Positions 1-10,346 of a stretch of DNA of 64,000 bases are shown in pieces. Positions within the stretch are counted from its first letter, which is position 1, and every line of letters begins with the position of its first letter. This stretch comes from Pseudomonadota bacterium. Lineage in GTDB: Bacteria; Myxococcota; JACRCW01; JAFGSX01. The DNA lies in assembly GCA_043821645.1 (NCBI GenBank), contig JBDRCO010000070.1, forward strand, positions 32,001 through 96,000. The letters run 5' to 3'. Both the position numbers and the translations under genes were made by a program. The notes beneath the pieces were generated by a model. It did no database searches. It was given only the letters and a program-made list of their open reading frames with translations, and had not been told where the DNA came from.

Positions 1-314
1 TAGCGTCGCTTGAGCTGCTCGGCGATGCGGGCGAGCAGCAGCGAGACCTGGTCAAACTCGTAGAACTGCACTGGGGGGAGCACCTGCAGCACCGGTGGAG
101 CCGTCAGCCGGATGGCATTGCTGCCCACCACCTCGAACTCGATGTGACGCTGCGCAACCGCGGTGCGCGGATGACGGACGATCCCTTCGGTATCCTCGAT
201 AGCACCGCGGAGGTGAGCTCCGTTGTCGACGATCTCGCCATGGACACCGATGGCCTCGAGTTTGCGCTGGACCAGCTCAAGCAGCCGCGCCTTGGGAATG
301 AAGTGTTCAGACAA
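1..314 (-). CDS. Hypothetical protein, runs off the window edge
   Basis: Read manually. TTG at 314 follows a GGAGG RBS, and the frame is open (MSEHFIPKARLLELVQRKLEAIG...LLARIAEQLKRR) down to position 1. It is co-oriented with the upstream operon. Confidence 0.6.
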   Translation of the reverse strand, partial: MSEHFIPKARLLELVQRKLEAIGVHGEIVDNGAHLRGAIEDTEGIVRHPRTAVAQRHIEFEVVGSNAIRLTAPPVLQVLPPVQFYEFDQVSLLLARIAEQLKRR

Positions 315-347
315 GCTCGGAACCTCCTCGCCGGAGTGATGCTCCTG

Positions 348-1226
348 TCAGCCGGTCGCCACCGCCGGGCGATCCGTCACCAGCAATAGGACCGCCCCGG
401 CGATGAGCGCGTAGCCGGCGGCACCGTGCCGTGTCAGGGGTTCGGCCCATACCCACCAGGCCACCAGCCCCGCCAGGGGAGGCTCGACCAGGGTCGCCAG
501 GGCCGCCTGACCTGCGGAAATGTACCGCAATGCGCTGTTGATTGCCGTATGACCGATCAGGGTGGGAATGGCAGCCATGAGCGCAAAGCACAGCCAGTTG
601 CGGGCTCCGTGATCGAAGACCGGTTGCCCCACCATGACGAGGAGAACTGCCGCACTCACCCCTGCCACCGCGTACACCACTGTCACGTACAGGATATTGG
701 GGACCTCGCCGCGTAGGCGTCGCCCGAGCAGCAGATACGCTGAGAACAGCACCATGGACAGCACCGCCATGGCATCCCCCGCTGCGTGGGACGGGTCCAG
801 CCTCAGATCGCCGCCGCCGATGGCAACCACCCCGCTGAACCCGAGAAGCACGGCGACCACAAAGCGCGGGCGAGGCTTCTCGCCGAGAAACAGCAGCGCA
901 CCGAAAGCCGTGACGACGGGACCAAGTGCCAGCACGCTGGTCGCGTTGGCCACGGTGGTCCACTGGATCGCAGCGGTCCAGGTCGTCAGATGCGCAGCCA
1001 GAACCACGCCCGTCAGGACCAGCAAGGCCCGCTCGTGGCCCGGGCGCGTGGCCAGAACCTGGCGGTGCGGGACCGCGAAAGGCGCCAGCACCAGGCTGGC
1101 CAGGATCAGGCGCCAGGCGGCAATGGCGAGCGGGTGCGCGTCGCCGATGCGGATCAAATTCCCTGACTGGCTCGCGGCCACCAGGCCCACGGCAAGAAAG
1201 ATCAGGATCCGAGGAGGAATGCCCAT
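348..1226 (-). CDS. DMT/EamA family transporter
   Basis: 292 aa with about 10 hydrophobic helices in two similar halves. EamA-like motifs AAWRL, LGEKP, GD and EPPLA. Confidence 0.9.
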   Translation of the reverse strand: MGIPPRILIFLAVGLVAASQSGNLIRIGDAHPLAIAAWRLILASLVLAPFAVPHRQVLATRPGHERALLVLTGVVLAAHLTTWTAAIQWTTVANATSVLALGPVVTAFGALLFLGEKPRPRFVVAVLLGFSGVVAIGGGDLRLDPSHAAGDAMAVLSMVLFSAYLLLGRRLRGEVPNILYVTVVYAVAGVSAAVLLVMVGQPVFDHGARNWLCFALMAAIPTLIGHTAINSALRYISAGQAALATLVEPPLAGLVAWWVWAEPLTRHGAAGYALIAGAVLLLVTDRPAVATG

Positions 1227-1252
1227 GGTCAGGGCTTGTCGTCAGCAGAGGC

Positions 1253-1810
1253 TCAGCGCTGGCCGCGCATCTCCTCGAAGGCGACGGTGCTGGCCACCAT
1301 CGAGAAGGGGCCGGTGAGAAGCACGCCGACCACCACCACGCCGCCGATGCTGTTGAGGATACCGAGCAGAACCATGACCAGGATGACGAGCAGGATGTTG
1401 TTCTTGACCAGTTCGAACGAGCCCTTGAGCGCGTCGCCCACGTTGGCGTCGTCATAGGCGATGAGATGAAAGGCGTAGCTGAAGATCACGGCCACGGCGA
1501 TTCCTGGCAAGACCAGCAAGAGGCTGCCGATGCCCACACCGATGGCGATGAGAATGGCCGCGATCAAGGAGGGGATCAGCGCCGACATGCCGCCAAACAC
1601 ATCTCCCGCTCCCACCTCCTCACCGCGCATGCGGTTTCGCGTGAGGCGAATGAAACCGACCATCAGTGGGGCCGCCAGGATGCCAAGGCTGACCGTTCCC
1701 ACCACACCGACGATCAGGCTGGCCACGATGTACAGCACGGGGTCCTTCTTGAAGACCTCCCAGCTGCGCGTGAAGATGCTCTGGATCGCCACCTCGGGTC
1801 CCGTGGTCAT
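1253..1810 (-). CDS. Integral membrane protein of unknown function (DUF975-like)
   Basis: 185 aa with several TM segments and two internally similar halves (SWEVFKK... / SFELVKN...). Overlaps the acylase stop by 4 nt. Confidence 0.7.
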   Translation of the reverse strand: MTTGPEVAIQSIFTRSWEVFKKDPVLYIVASLIVGVVGTVSLGILAAPLMVGFIRLTRNRMRGEEVGAGDVFGGMSALIPSLIAAILIAIGVGIGSLLLVLPGIAVAVIFSYAFHLIAYDDANVGDALKGSFELVKNNILLVILVMVLLGILNSIGGVVVVGVLLTGPFSMVASTVAFEEMRGQR

Positions 1811-4326
1811 GGTTGGTCTCCACTGTCGCGCTCACCCGGCGGGGAGAAGCGCGCGGTCTGCGAGGCCGGCAGCAACGCGATGCGTCCGGCAGCCCTGGCC
1901 TCGATGGTCTGTCGCGTCAGCGGCATCTCGAGCGCCGCGCCGCGAACGAAACGGCGCGCCATGTTGTCATAGTTGTCACTGGCTGCATAGCCGGCGTTGC
2001 CGGTGTCGAGGATCATGTGCACCCGTCGCGGTGCCGAGACCTCGACCACGGTGCGCATGCTCGCCCCGTGGACGACGGGTGTGCCCACCTCGCAGGCCAC
2101 GCAACTCCAGCACCCGGGAACCTCGTAGGGACCGATGTTGAGGAGAGAATCCAGCGGCCAGGCAATGCCAAGCGGGTGCTTGAAGGTCAGGGTATGGCGC
2201 CGACCCCAGGTCCAGGTCGCAACGTCCGGGCCCAGCTGGGCTCGCAGGAGTCGTTCGCTGCGCTCGACTGCCCTGCCTATCCAGGATCGTGGAGCGCCCA
2301 CCGCCCTCAGCAGGGGATGGTCGTCCCCACGCGCCACGGCCTCGAGGGCAGCGTCCAGCACCACGCTGGAGAAGGTGCTGTCGAGATAGCGCTCGAGGGT
2401 GGCGCCGCCGAGCAGCTCCTCGAAGCAGGCGCGCTTGAGGGCGTCGTAGACCGCATCGTACACGGTGGCCCCGACGCTGTGGCTGCCATGCCGGTGGTCC
2501 CAGCCCACCAGCACCTCCCGCATGTGAGCCTGTCGCTGCTGGCTTGATGTCGGCTTTCCGCTGTGCTCGACAGGCCACTGCGCCAGGATCGCAGCAAGGG
2601 TTCGCCGGGGCTGCACACTCTCGCTGTCGGTCCAGAAACGCCGGAGATCCGCGCCGCTGAGACGCGGCTTCGAAGCCAGCAGCTCGTGCAGACGCTGGGC
2701 CCGGTAGGGGTGAGAAGCGTAGGCACCCAGGGCTCCACCCCGTGGCTCGTCTCGCACGCGCTGGTTGGCGGCCACGATGACGCCTTCGGGGGGATTCAGC
2801 ACGAACGGAAGCTCGTCGTCACCCAGCCAGCCCTGCCACAGGTGCCGTCGCGTGCTTCCGTCCTGCAGCAGGCTGCCGTCGTGGTCGGGAGCCCGCCGCG
2901 GCACGGACCCGAGCAGAGCGTACGCGATGTCCCCCGACGTGGTCGCCAGGACCAGGTTCTGGAACACCAGACCCGCCCGCCTCAGCGCATGGCGCGCGGT
3001 CGCGACGTCCCGGGATCGGTACAACTCGAAGAAGCTTCGGATCAGGTGCGCGCTGTCCTCGTCGGTCGCGAAGCCAGCCCAGGCCAGGGCATGCGGTGCT
3101 GCCGCGTCCAGGCGATCCTCGCGCCCGGGGTTGAGGAGGGGACCGAACACCGTGGCCCGGTACTCGAGCGTCTCGACCTCGGGGTTCTCGCCGTGACCGA
3201 TCTGAAAGGACTGGTCCCAGCGCTGGTAGGGGGTGGCCACACCGTCGAGCAGGTAGCCATCAAGGGTACCTGGTGCGGGTACGATCCGGTACACGTCCTC
3301 GACGTCGACGTAGCTGGTGGTGAAACCCCAGGACAGGTCCGGCGTGCTGCCGATGAGGACCGCCGGAATCCCCGGGAAGGTATACCCGATGACATCGAAA
3401 TCCGGGGTCACCAGATGGGTCAGGTAGAACACGCCAGGAACCCTGTGCGGGAGGTGGGTGTCGTTCTCGAGCAGCGGTGAGCCCGTCATCGAACGCGCTG
3501 CGCTCACGACGTAGCTATTGGATGCGGCTCCCAGATCGAGCCCCAGACGCTCCCGGATTTCCCTTTGCAGACCGGTGAGGCTGAGCTGATCGACAGCCTC
3601 GGGAGGCAGGGTCGGGGATGGCACAGGGGCAGGCCCCGAGGCCGTGCCCTGCGCACGCGCCGAAGGGACGATGGGCACGCCCGCCGCCGGGATATCCGGG
3701 AGCAGGTCCTCGGCGCGCGGGCCCAGCACGTGCCGGAGCTCTGCGCGCAGCAGCTCCATCTCGTAGTCCATGGACAGGTCCCAGGACTGGAGCCGGGCGA
3801 TGGCCAGCACATCGCGGCGCTGCATGGGTGTGAACGCGGCGCCGAGCATGCGGTGCTCGAAGGTGGGCTGGTCCATGTCCTGCGCGGCCTCGTGCAGCCC
3901 CGCAAGGTAGGCATCGATGAGGGCGAGTTCGTCGTCACCGAGGGCCGCGACCGCCTCGTCCAGGCGATAGCTCAGGATGCGCAGGCGTCGATCCAGCGCC
4001 AGCAGGTCGCGCCCAAAAAGCTCGGCGAGCCGGCCGGTGGCAGCGCGCCGGATCAGGTCTACCTGGAACAGCCGCTCGCGGCCGTGCATGTAGCCCAGAC
4101 CCTGCACCACGTCGCGGGTGCTGTCGGCGAAGATGTGACTGACCCCATCGTGGTCGACGACGATGGCCACCGGAGCCTGGACCTTCGCCGGGCGATGCCA
4201 GGCCTGAGGATGGAGGGTCCGCGGGTGATGCACACGCAGCAGCAGACAGCCGCCGCCTGCGACCAGTGTTGCCATGAACACTGCTGCCAGCGCGCGTGCG
4301 GTGCGTGTTCTCGCCCGTCCTGCCAT
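1807..4326 (-). CDS. Penicillin acylase / acyl-homoserine-lactone acylase family Ntn-hydrolase
   Basis: GVSHIFA, GYMHGRERLFQ, catalytic-Ser start of the beta subunit (ASNSYVV), ENDTHL, ANQR and WTWG. N-terminal signal or anchor. Confidence 0.9.
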   Translation of the reverse strand: MAGRARTRTARALAAVFMATLVAGGGCLLLRVHHPRTLHPQAWHRPAKVQAPVAIVVDHDGVSHIFADSTRDVVQGLGYMHGRERLFQVDLIRRAATGRLAELFGRDLLALDRRLRILSYRLDEAVAALGDDELALIDAYLAGLHEAAQDMDQPTFEHRMLGAAFTPMQRRDVLAIARLQSWDLSMDYEMELLRAELRHVLGPRAEDLLPDIPAAGVPIVPSARAQGTASGPAPVPSPTLPPEAVDQLSLTGLQREIRERLGLDLGAASNSYVVSAARSMTGSPLLENDTHLPHRVPGVFYLTHLVTPDFDVIGYTFPGIPAVLIGSTPDLSWGFTTSYVDVEDVYRIVPAPGTLDGYLLDGVATPYQRWDQSFQIGHGENPEVETLEYRATVFGPLLNPGREDRLDAAAPHALAWAGFATDEDSAHLIRSFFELYRSRDVATARHALRRAGLVFQNLVLATTSGDIAYALLGSVPRRAPDHDGSLLQDGSTRRHLWQGWLGDDELPFVLNPPEGVIVAANQRVRDEPRGGALGAYASHPYRAQRLHELLASKPRLSGADLRRFWTDSESVQPRRTLAAILAQWPVEHSGKPTSSQQRQAHMREVLVGWDHRHGSHSVGATVYDAVYDALKRACFEELLGGATLERYLDSTFSSVVLDAALEAVARGDDHPLLRAVGAPRSWIGRAVERSERLLRAQLGPDVATWTWGRRHTLTFKHPLGIAWPLDSLLNIGPYEVPGCWSCVACEVGTPVVHGASMRTVVEVSAPRRVHMILDTGNAGYAASDNYDNMARRFVRGAALEMPLTRQTIEARAAGRIALLPASQTARFSPPGERDSGDQP

Positions 4327-4375
4327 CGAGACCTCCGCGACCTTCGAGGACGACGGCGGGGGGAGCCGTCCGCCG

Positions 4376-5080
4376 TCAGGTTCGCGAGCCGAGACCGGGC
4401 TGGAAGCGCTGCCTTGCCAGCTCCACGATGCGCTCCACCACCTGCTCGATGCTCAGGGCCGTGGTGTCGATACACACCGCGTCCGCAGCCTGCCGCAAGG
4501 GTGCATGAGTGCGATGGGAGTCGTTGCTATCGCGTTGATTCAGATCTTGAACCACGTCGCCGAGCGTGATCGAACGACCTGCTGCCTGCAATTCTGCGAG
4601 ACGGCGCCGCGCCCGTTCCTCGACCTCGGCGATCATGAAGATCTTCAAGCCGGCATCCGGAAACACCACAGTCCCGATGTCCCGGCCCTCGAGCACGGCG
4701 CCGCGGGGCCCATCCACGGCCAGACGCCGCTGCAGCGCGAGCAGGGCATCTCGCACCTCGGGCAAGGCAGACACCGCGCTGGCAGCCATGGCAATGGCCG
4801 GTGTGCGAATCGCCTGGCTCACGTCGTCGTCGCCGAGCAGGGCCCGCTGCTCCTCGGCCTCGTCGGGGACGAACTGCATGGTCAGCGTCGAGGCGAGGGC
4901 ACCCACGGCCGGCCCGTCGTCGAGCGCCAGCCCGCTTCTCTTCGCGGCCAGCGCCACGCAGCGATAGATGGCCCCGGTATCGACGTACACGAAGTCGAGC
5001 GCCGCAGCCACGGCGCGGGCCACGGTGCTCTTCCCGGAACCCGCGGGTCCGTCGATGGCCACGATGCACAGCGTGCTCAC
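4376..5080 (-). CDS. cmk: Cytidylate kinase
   Basis: IDGPAGSGKST, YVDTGAIYR and EGRDIGTVVFPDA. Confidence 0.96.
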   Translation of the reverse strand: MSTLCIVAIDGPAGSGKSTVARAVAAALDFVYVDTGAIYRCVALAAKRSGLALDDGPAVGALASTLTMQFVPDEAEEQRALLGDDDVSQAIRTPAIAMAASAVSALPEVRDALLALQRRLAVDGPRGAVLEGRDIGTVVFPDAGLKIFMIAEVEERARRRLAELQAAGRSITLGDVVQDLNQRDSNDSHRTHAPLRQAADAVCIDTTALSIEQVVERIVELARQRFQPGLGSRT

Positions 5081-6198
5081 GCCCGGTGTGCTCCGACCGC
5101 TGCCAGGACCTCAGACAGCGCCGCCAGGAATCCCCGGTTCTGAGCCTCGGTCCCGACGGTGACGCGCAGGCAGTTCGGGAGCCCGTAGTTGGCCACGGGC
5201 CGGGTGATGAATCCCTTGTACATCAGAGCCTCATACAGAGGCTTCGCCTCGCGCTCGAAATCGAGCAGCAGGAAGTTGGCCTGGCTCGGGTACCACTTCA
5301 CGTCGATGGCGCTCAGACCGTCCTCGAGGAGGCCGCGACCGACCACGGTGGCCTCTCGAGTCTTTCGCACGTGCTCCTCGTCGTCGAGAGCCGCGATGGC
5401 GGCAGCCTGGGCCATGCGGTTGACGTTGAAGGGCGGCCGCACCCGATCCATGTAGTCGATGATCTCGCGGCTGGACACGCCGTAGCCAACCCGCAACCCG
5501 GCCAGACCATGAATCTTGGCGAAGGTGCGCATGACCACCAGGCGGTGCCGCAGCGGTGCGTAGCTCAGCCCGTCCGGCACGTAGGGGTCATCGATGTACT
5601 CGGCGTAGGCCTCGTCGAGCGCGATGATGACGTCGTCCCGGACCCGGGCCAAAAAGTGCTCGAACTCATGCGTCGAGAACACGCGGCCCGTGGGGTTGTT
5701 GGGGTTGGCCAGGAACACGACCTTGGTCTTCTTGTTGATGGCCCTGGCCACGGCGTCGAGGTCGTAGGTCAGATCCTCGCGCAACGGCACCGCGATCTCC
5801 TCGCGTCCATGGGCGATGCTGGCCAGGCGATAGATGATAAAGGAAGGGTCCGCGGTGATCACGTTCTCATCAGGTCCGACAAAGGTGCGGATGATGAACT
5901 CGATGATCTCGTTGGATCCGTTGCCGATGATGAGGTTGTGCGGCTCGACGTCGTGGGCGGAGAGGTGCTGAGCCAGACGCCTCTTGAGGGCGTAGCAGCC
6001 GCCATCCGGATACAGGTTCATCTCGGCGGCGGCCTGGTGCATGGCCTCGACCGCCAGTGGCGAGGGTCCGAAGGGATTCTCGTTGCTCGCAAGTTTGACA
6101 GGATTCTTGACGCCATACTCCCGCTCGGTCTCCTCGATGGGCTTGCCCGGCGGGTAGGGTCGCAAACGTTCGATGTTGGCAGTGACCAGCGTTTTCAT
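5077..6198 (-). CDS. hisC: Histidinol-phosphate aminotransferase
   Basis: YPPGKP, KLASNENP, NPNNPTG, DEAY and the PLP-lysine motif RTFAKIHGLAGLRVGY. Start chosen at ATG 6198 (MKTLV). Confidence 0.93.
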   Translation of the reverse strand: MKTLVTANIERLRPYPPGKPIEETEREYGVKNPVKLASNENPFGPSPLAVEAMHQAAAEMNLYPDGGCYALKRRLAQHLSAHDVEPHNLIIGNGSNEIIEFIIRTFVGPDENVITADPSFIIYRLASIAHGREEIAVPLREDLTYDLDAVARAINKKTKVVFLANPNNPTGRVFSTHEFEHFLARVRDDVIIALDEAYAEYIDDPYVPDGLSYAPLRHRLVVMRTFAKIHGLAGLRVGYGVSSREIIDYMDRVRPPFNVNRMAQAAAIAALDDEEHVRKTREATVVGRGLLEDGLSAIDVKWYPSQANFLLLDFEREAKPLYEALMYKGFITRPVANYGLPNCLRVTVGTEAQNRGFLAALSEVLAAVGAHRA

Positions 6199-6270
6199 GG
6201 CGTCAGGTCTCGTTCCTGGCGTGGCTCGGGGGGGGGCACCGGGTCGCTGCAACGCCCGGCGTTGTCGTCA

Positions 6271-7224
6271 TTACTCCTCCTCGAACACACCCATGCGGCG
6301 GAACTTCTCGGCACGCCGCTGCAATCTGTCTTCGATGGACAGTCCGATCACGTCCTCAAGGTTGCGCACCAGAGCGTCCCGCAGATGGCCCGAGGTCTGG
6401 ACAGGGTCCCGCTGTGCACCCCCGGGTGATTCCGGGACAACCTCGTCGACGACCCCGAGCGGGAACAGATCGGCCGAGGTGAGTCGCAGATTGTCGGCCG
6501 CCTGCTCGGCTCGCGTCGCGTCTCGCCACAGAATGGACGCGCAACCCTCGGGTGTGATCACCGAGTAGATGGCGAACTGGAGCATGATCACCCGGTCCGC
6601 GATGCCCAGCGCGAGGGCGCCGCCGGAGCCACCCTCGCCGATGATCGCGGCCACCGTCGGCACCCGCAAGGCCATCATGGTCTCGAGGCTCCGTGCGATC
6701 GCCTCGGCCTGGCCCCGCTCCTCGGCCTCGATGCCGGGATAGGCACCGGGGGTGTCAATGAGGGTCACCACGGGTCGGTTGAAGCGCTCGGCGAGCGCCA
6801 TGAGGCGCATGGCCTTGCGATAGCCCTCGGGGTGGGCCATGCCGAAGTTGCGCCGGATGTTCTCCTTGGTCCCTCGCCCCTTCTGCTGGGCGATGAGCAT
6901 CACCGGGCGCTGACCCAGGCGCGCAAGCCCTCCCACCACGGCGGCGTCATCGCGAAAACCTCGATCGCCGTGCAACTCGACGAACTCGTCGAACACGTGC
7001 TCGATGTGGTCAAGGGCGAAGGGCCGGTTGGGGTGGCGGGCGAGCTGGACGATCTGCCAGCGCGTGAGCCCACGAAAGATCTCGTCGCGCAGGCGATGCG
7101 CCCGCTTCTCGAGCTTGGTGATCTCACCCTGCAGCCTCTCACCGGTGCCAAATTCCCGCAGCTCCTGGAGCTTGCGCTCCAGCTCCACCAGGGGCTTTTC
7201 GAAAGGCAAAAAATACGTCGCCAT
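6271..7224 (-). CDS. accA: Acetyl-CoA carboxylase carboxyltransferase alpha subunit
   Basis: LPFEKP, ARHPNRP, ELHGDR, PEGYRKA, IDTPGAYPG and GEGGSGGALA. Start at ATG 7224. Confidence 0.97.
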   Translation of the reverse strand: MATYFLPFEKPLVELERKLQELREFGTGERLQGEITKLEKRAHRLRDEIFRGLTRWQIVQLARHPNRPFALDHIEHVFDEFVELHGDRGFRDDAAVVGGLARLGQRPVMLIAQQKGRGTKENIRRNFGMAHPEGYRKAMRLMALAERFNRPVVTLIDTPGAYPGIEAEERGQAEAIARSLETMMALRVPTVAAIIGEGGSGGALALGIADRVIMLQFAIYSVITPEGCASILWRDATRAEQAADNLRLTSADLFPLGVVDEVVPESPGGAQRDPVQTSGHLRDALVRNLEDVIGLSIEDRLQRRAEKFRRMGVFEEE

Positions 7225-7412
7225 GCGGCGCTCCGGCGTTGGGCGGTCCGTCGCGCTCGCATCCTTAGCATGCGACCTCGGCCCCGGCAACGTGGTGACC
7301 GCACGAGACGACATTCCATGGCGCGGCGCGGCAGGGTTCGAGGGCTGGGGCGCGGCAGGCGGCGCATCGCGGCCGCGGATCAGTCTTTTCTTGCGTCCCC
7401 CGCAGGGTCCGG

Positions 7413-7441
7413 TTGACAGCAGCCCTCGCTGTCCACAAGAT
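7413..7441 (+). promoter_or_regulatory. Putative sigma70-type promoter of the tdk operon
   Basis: TTGACA-17 bp-CAAGAT, about 30 nt upstream of the tdk ATG, in a divergent intergenic region. Confidence 0.5.
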
Positions 7442-7469
7442 CGCGCCGACTATTGACGACGAGGTTGCC

Positions 7470-8090
7470 ATGCAGCTCACACCGACGGGCGTTGGGTGGA
7501 TAGAGGTCATCTGCGGTTCCATGTTCTCGGGCAAGAGCGAGGAACTGATCCGCCGCCTGCGCCGCGCCCAGATCGCCCGCCAGCAGGTGCAGGCCTTCAA
7601 GGCCGCCATCGACGACCGCTTCGACGAGGAACACATCGTCTCGCACAGTGAGCAGCGCCTGCAATCGGTGCCCGTGCACAATTCCGATGAGATCGTCGAC
7701 CGCCTCGACCCCGGGGCGCAGGTGGTCGGCATCGACGAGGTGCAGTTTCTTGACCCGGGTGTGGTCGAGGTGTGCGAGATGCTGGCCAACCGCGGCGTCC
7801 GCGTCATCGTGGCGGGTCTCGATCAGGACTACCGGGGCAAGCCCTTCGAGCCCGTGCCCTCGCTGATGGCCGTGGCGGAGTACGTCACCAAGGTGCACGC
7901 CATCTGCGTGCGCTGCGGCAACCCCGCCAACCGCTCCCAGCGCGTGGTCCACAACGACGAGCGCGTGGTCGTCGGGGCTGCCGGGACCTACGAGGCACGT
8001 TGCCGTCGCTGCTTCACGGGTGCACCGCTTCGCCGACCGCAACCCGCGGCGGAGCCAGTGGACGAGTCTCCTCGAAAGGTGTCCGCATGA
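7470..8090 (+). CDS. tdk: Thymidine kinase
   Basis: CGSMFSGKSEEL, IDEVQF, VAGLD and Zn-binding CxxC...CxxC. GAGG RBS. Confidence 0.96.
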   Translation: MQLTPTGVGWIEVICGSMFSGKSEELIRRLRRAQIARQQVQAFKAAIDDRFDEEHIVSHSEQRLQSVPVHNSDEIVDRLDPGAQVVGIDEVQFLDPGVVEVCEMLANRGVRVIVAGLDQDYRGKPFEPVPSLMAVAEYVTKVHAICVRCGNPANRSQRVVHNDERVVVGAAGTYEARCRRCFTGAPLRRPQPAAEPVDESPRKVSA

Positions 8091-8923
8091 GCGCCGAGCA
8101 CGGCCCTGGCCCCGTCGACAGCGCCTACGTCAGCGTGCGTCACCCCACGGCCGAGCTCGAGCACCGCTACGGGCGTAACTACCACATCCTGGCGGACCCC
8201 TTTTTGCTCTCGCACCTGGCGCGGCTGTGCACGCACGCGGTGGTGCAGCCCCTGCTCAACAACCTGGTGCGCGACCTGTACCGCTACATCATCAAGGCCA
8301 TCCTCAATGGCGAGTTCCCGCGCTGTCGCAAGAGCTTCGTCACCCGCATGATCGACAGCTCGCCCCTGGGTGTGTGGACTGGCGAGGTGATCGACCCGGA
8401 GACCCGGGCCGTGACCGTCAACATCGCCCGCGCCGGTACCTTGCCCTCGCAGGTGGTCTTCGACTTCCTGTGCACGACCATGAACCCCTTGATGGTGCGC
8501 CAGGATCACATCGTGATGGCGCGCGCCACGGCCGACGACGGGCACGTGACGGGCACCGACGTGCACGGCCTCAAGATCGGTGGACCGGTCGACAAGAGCA
8601 TCGTGATCTTCCCGGACCCCATGGGCGCCACCGGCGGTTCGCTGTCCTCGGCCATCGACATCTACAAGAAGAGCTACGGCACGGCTCTGAAGTACATCAC
8701 CGCCAATCTCATCGTGACGCCGGAGTACCTGCGCCGCATGCACGACCGCCACCCCGACGTCATCGTGTACGCCGTACGCCTGGACCGAGGCGCCAGCGCG
8801 CCGGAGGTGCTGGCCACGACGCCCGGGGAACGCTGGGATGAGGAGAGCGGCCTGACCAGCAAGCAGTACATCGTGCCGGGAGGCGGCGGCTTCGGTGAGA
8901 TCATGAACAACGCCTACGTCTAG
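8087..8923 (+). CDS. Uracil phosphoribosyltransferase-like protein (divergent)
   Basis: IARAG, PRPP-binding loop FPDPMGATGGS and C-terminal YIVPGGG. ATGA overlap with tdk. Confidence 0.8.
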   Translation: MSAEHGPGPVDSAYVSVRHPTAELEHRYGRNYHILADPFLLSHLARLCTHAVVQPLLNNLVRDLYRYIIKAILNGEFPRCRKSFVTRMIDSSPLGVWTGEVIDPETRAVTVNIARAGTLPSQVVFDFLCTTMNPLMVRQDHIVMARATADDGHVTGTDVHGLKIGGPVDKSIVIFPDPMGATGGSLSSAIDIYKKSYGTALKYITANLIVTPEYLRRMHDRHPDVIVYAVRLDRGASAPEVLATTPGERWDEESGLTSKQYIVPGGGGFGEIMNNAYV

Positions 8924-8944
8924 GCAAGCCGAGGAGCACGCATC

Positions 8945-9469
<525 letters not shown>

Positions 9470-9529
9470 ACTGGAGGTCGTCGGCAACACGCTGCGTCGC
9501 GCAGCGCCGACGTCCAGGAGCGTGACATC

Positions 9530-10318
9530 ATGTCCGAAGCTCAGATTCCAGCTCGTGGCGGCCGCATCAAGCTGCTGGTGATCACCATCCTCGTGGTCGG
9601 CCTGATCGGGGTGATCGCTTACCTGGCCGGGCAGCTCAACGCCCATCGCTACTACCTGGTACATGAGGAGCGTGCGCTGGTGATCTACCGTGGCGCTTCC
9701 ATTCCGCTGGTGACGCGCCCCTTCGTGCCCATCAACGAGGACGAGCGGACCGCCTATGCGCCCATCATCGTGCCCGCACGCTGGGATGGCAGCAAGCGCC
9801 TGACCTTCAATGACCGCAGCGAGCTGGATCGCGGCATCTATCAGATCATCGACAAGCGCCTGCGCGAGGAGTTTTACGGTGGCCGTGGCCCCAGCATGGA
9901 GCGAATCGACACGGACATGAAACGCGTGCAGGCCCTGAGCGGGCTCAGCGACGACGACCGGCGCGCCCTTGCCGAACTGCAGGGTGACTATGCGTTTCTC
10001 AAGGCCCGGGAGATCGTGGACGGCCTTCCCGAGCGCCTCCGCCACGCCCGGCGTCTATGCGATCAGGCCGAGGATCAGGGGACAGGCAAGCTGGGTGATC
10101 CGCGCGACCTGTCCCTGCGGCTGGCGCAGTGGATGCGCATGCTATCGCCCGAGGCCGCGACGGCGCCGATTCCGGCCGCAGCCGCCGAGAGCCCTCTGCC
10201 CCCTGCTCTGCCCTTCGCACCGCCGGCGCTTCCCTCGACGTCGGTGCAGCCCAGGCCCATTCCGGAAAACCCCCCGGTCGCACCGGAAGCTCCAGCGCCA
10301 CTGCCCGTCACACCCTGA
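9530..10318 (+). CDS. Membrane-anchored hypothetical protein with Pro-rich tail
   Basis: Single N-terminal TM segment, helical body and Pro/Ala-rich C-terminus. AGGAG RBS. Confidence 0.75.
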   Translation: MSEAQIPARGGRIKLLVITILVVGLIGVIAYLAGQLNAHRYYLVHEERALVIYRGASIPLVTRPFVPINEDERTAYAPIIVPARWDGSKRLTFNDRSELDRGIYQIIDKRLREEFYGGRGPSMERIDTDMKRVQALSGLSDDDRRALAELQGDYAFLKAREIVDGLPERLRHARRLCDQAEDQGTGKLGDPRDLSLRLAQWMRMLSPEAATAPIPAAAAESPLPPALPFAPPALPSTSVQPRPIPENPPVAPEAPAPLPVTP

Positions 10319-10346
10319 CGCGGCCTGGCTCGGTGACGGCAAGCAC

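Noticed and set aside
144-389. 81-aa plus-strand ORF
   Set aside because: It overlaps a better-supported minus-strand ORF (RBS, operon orientation) and the EamA gene end.
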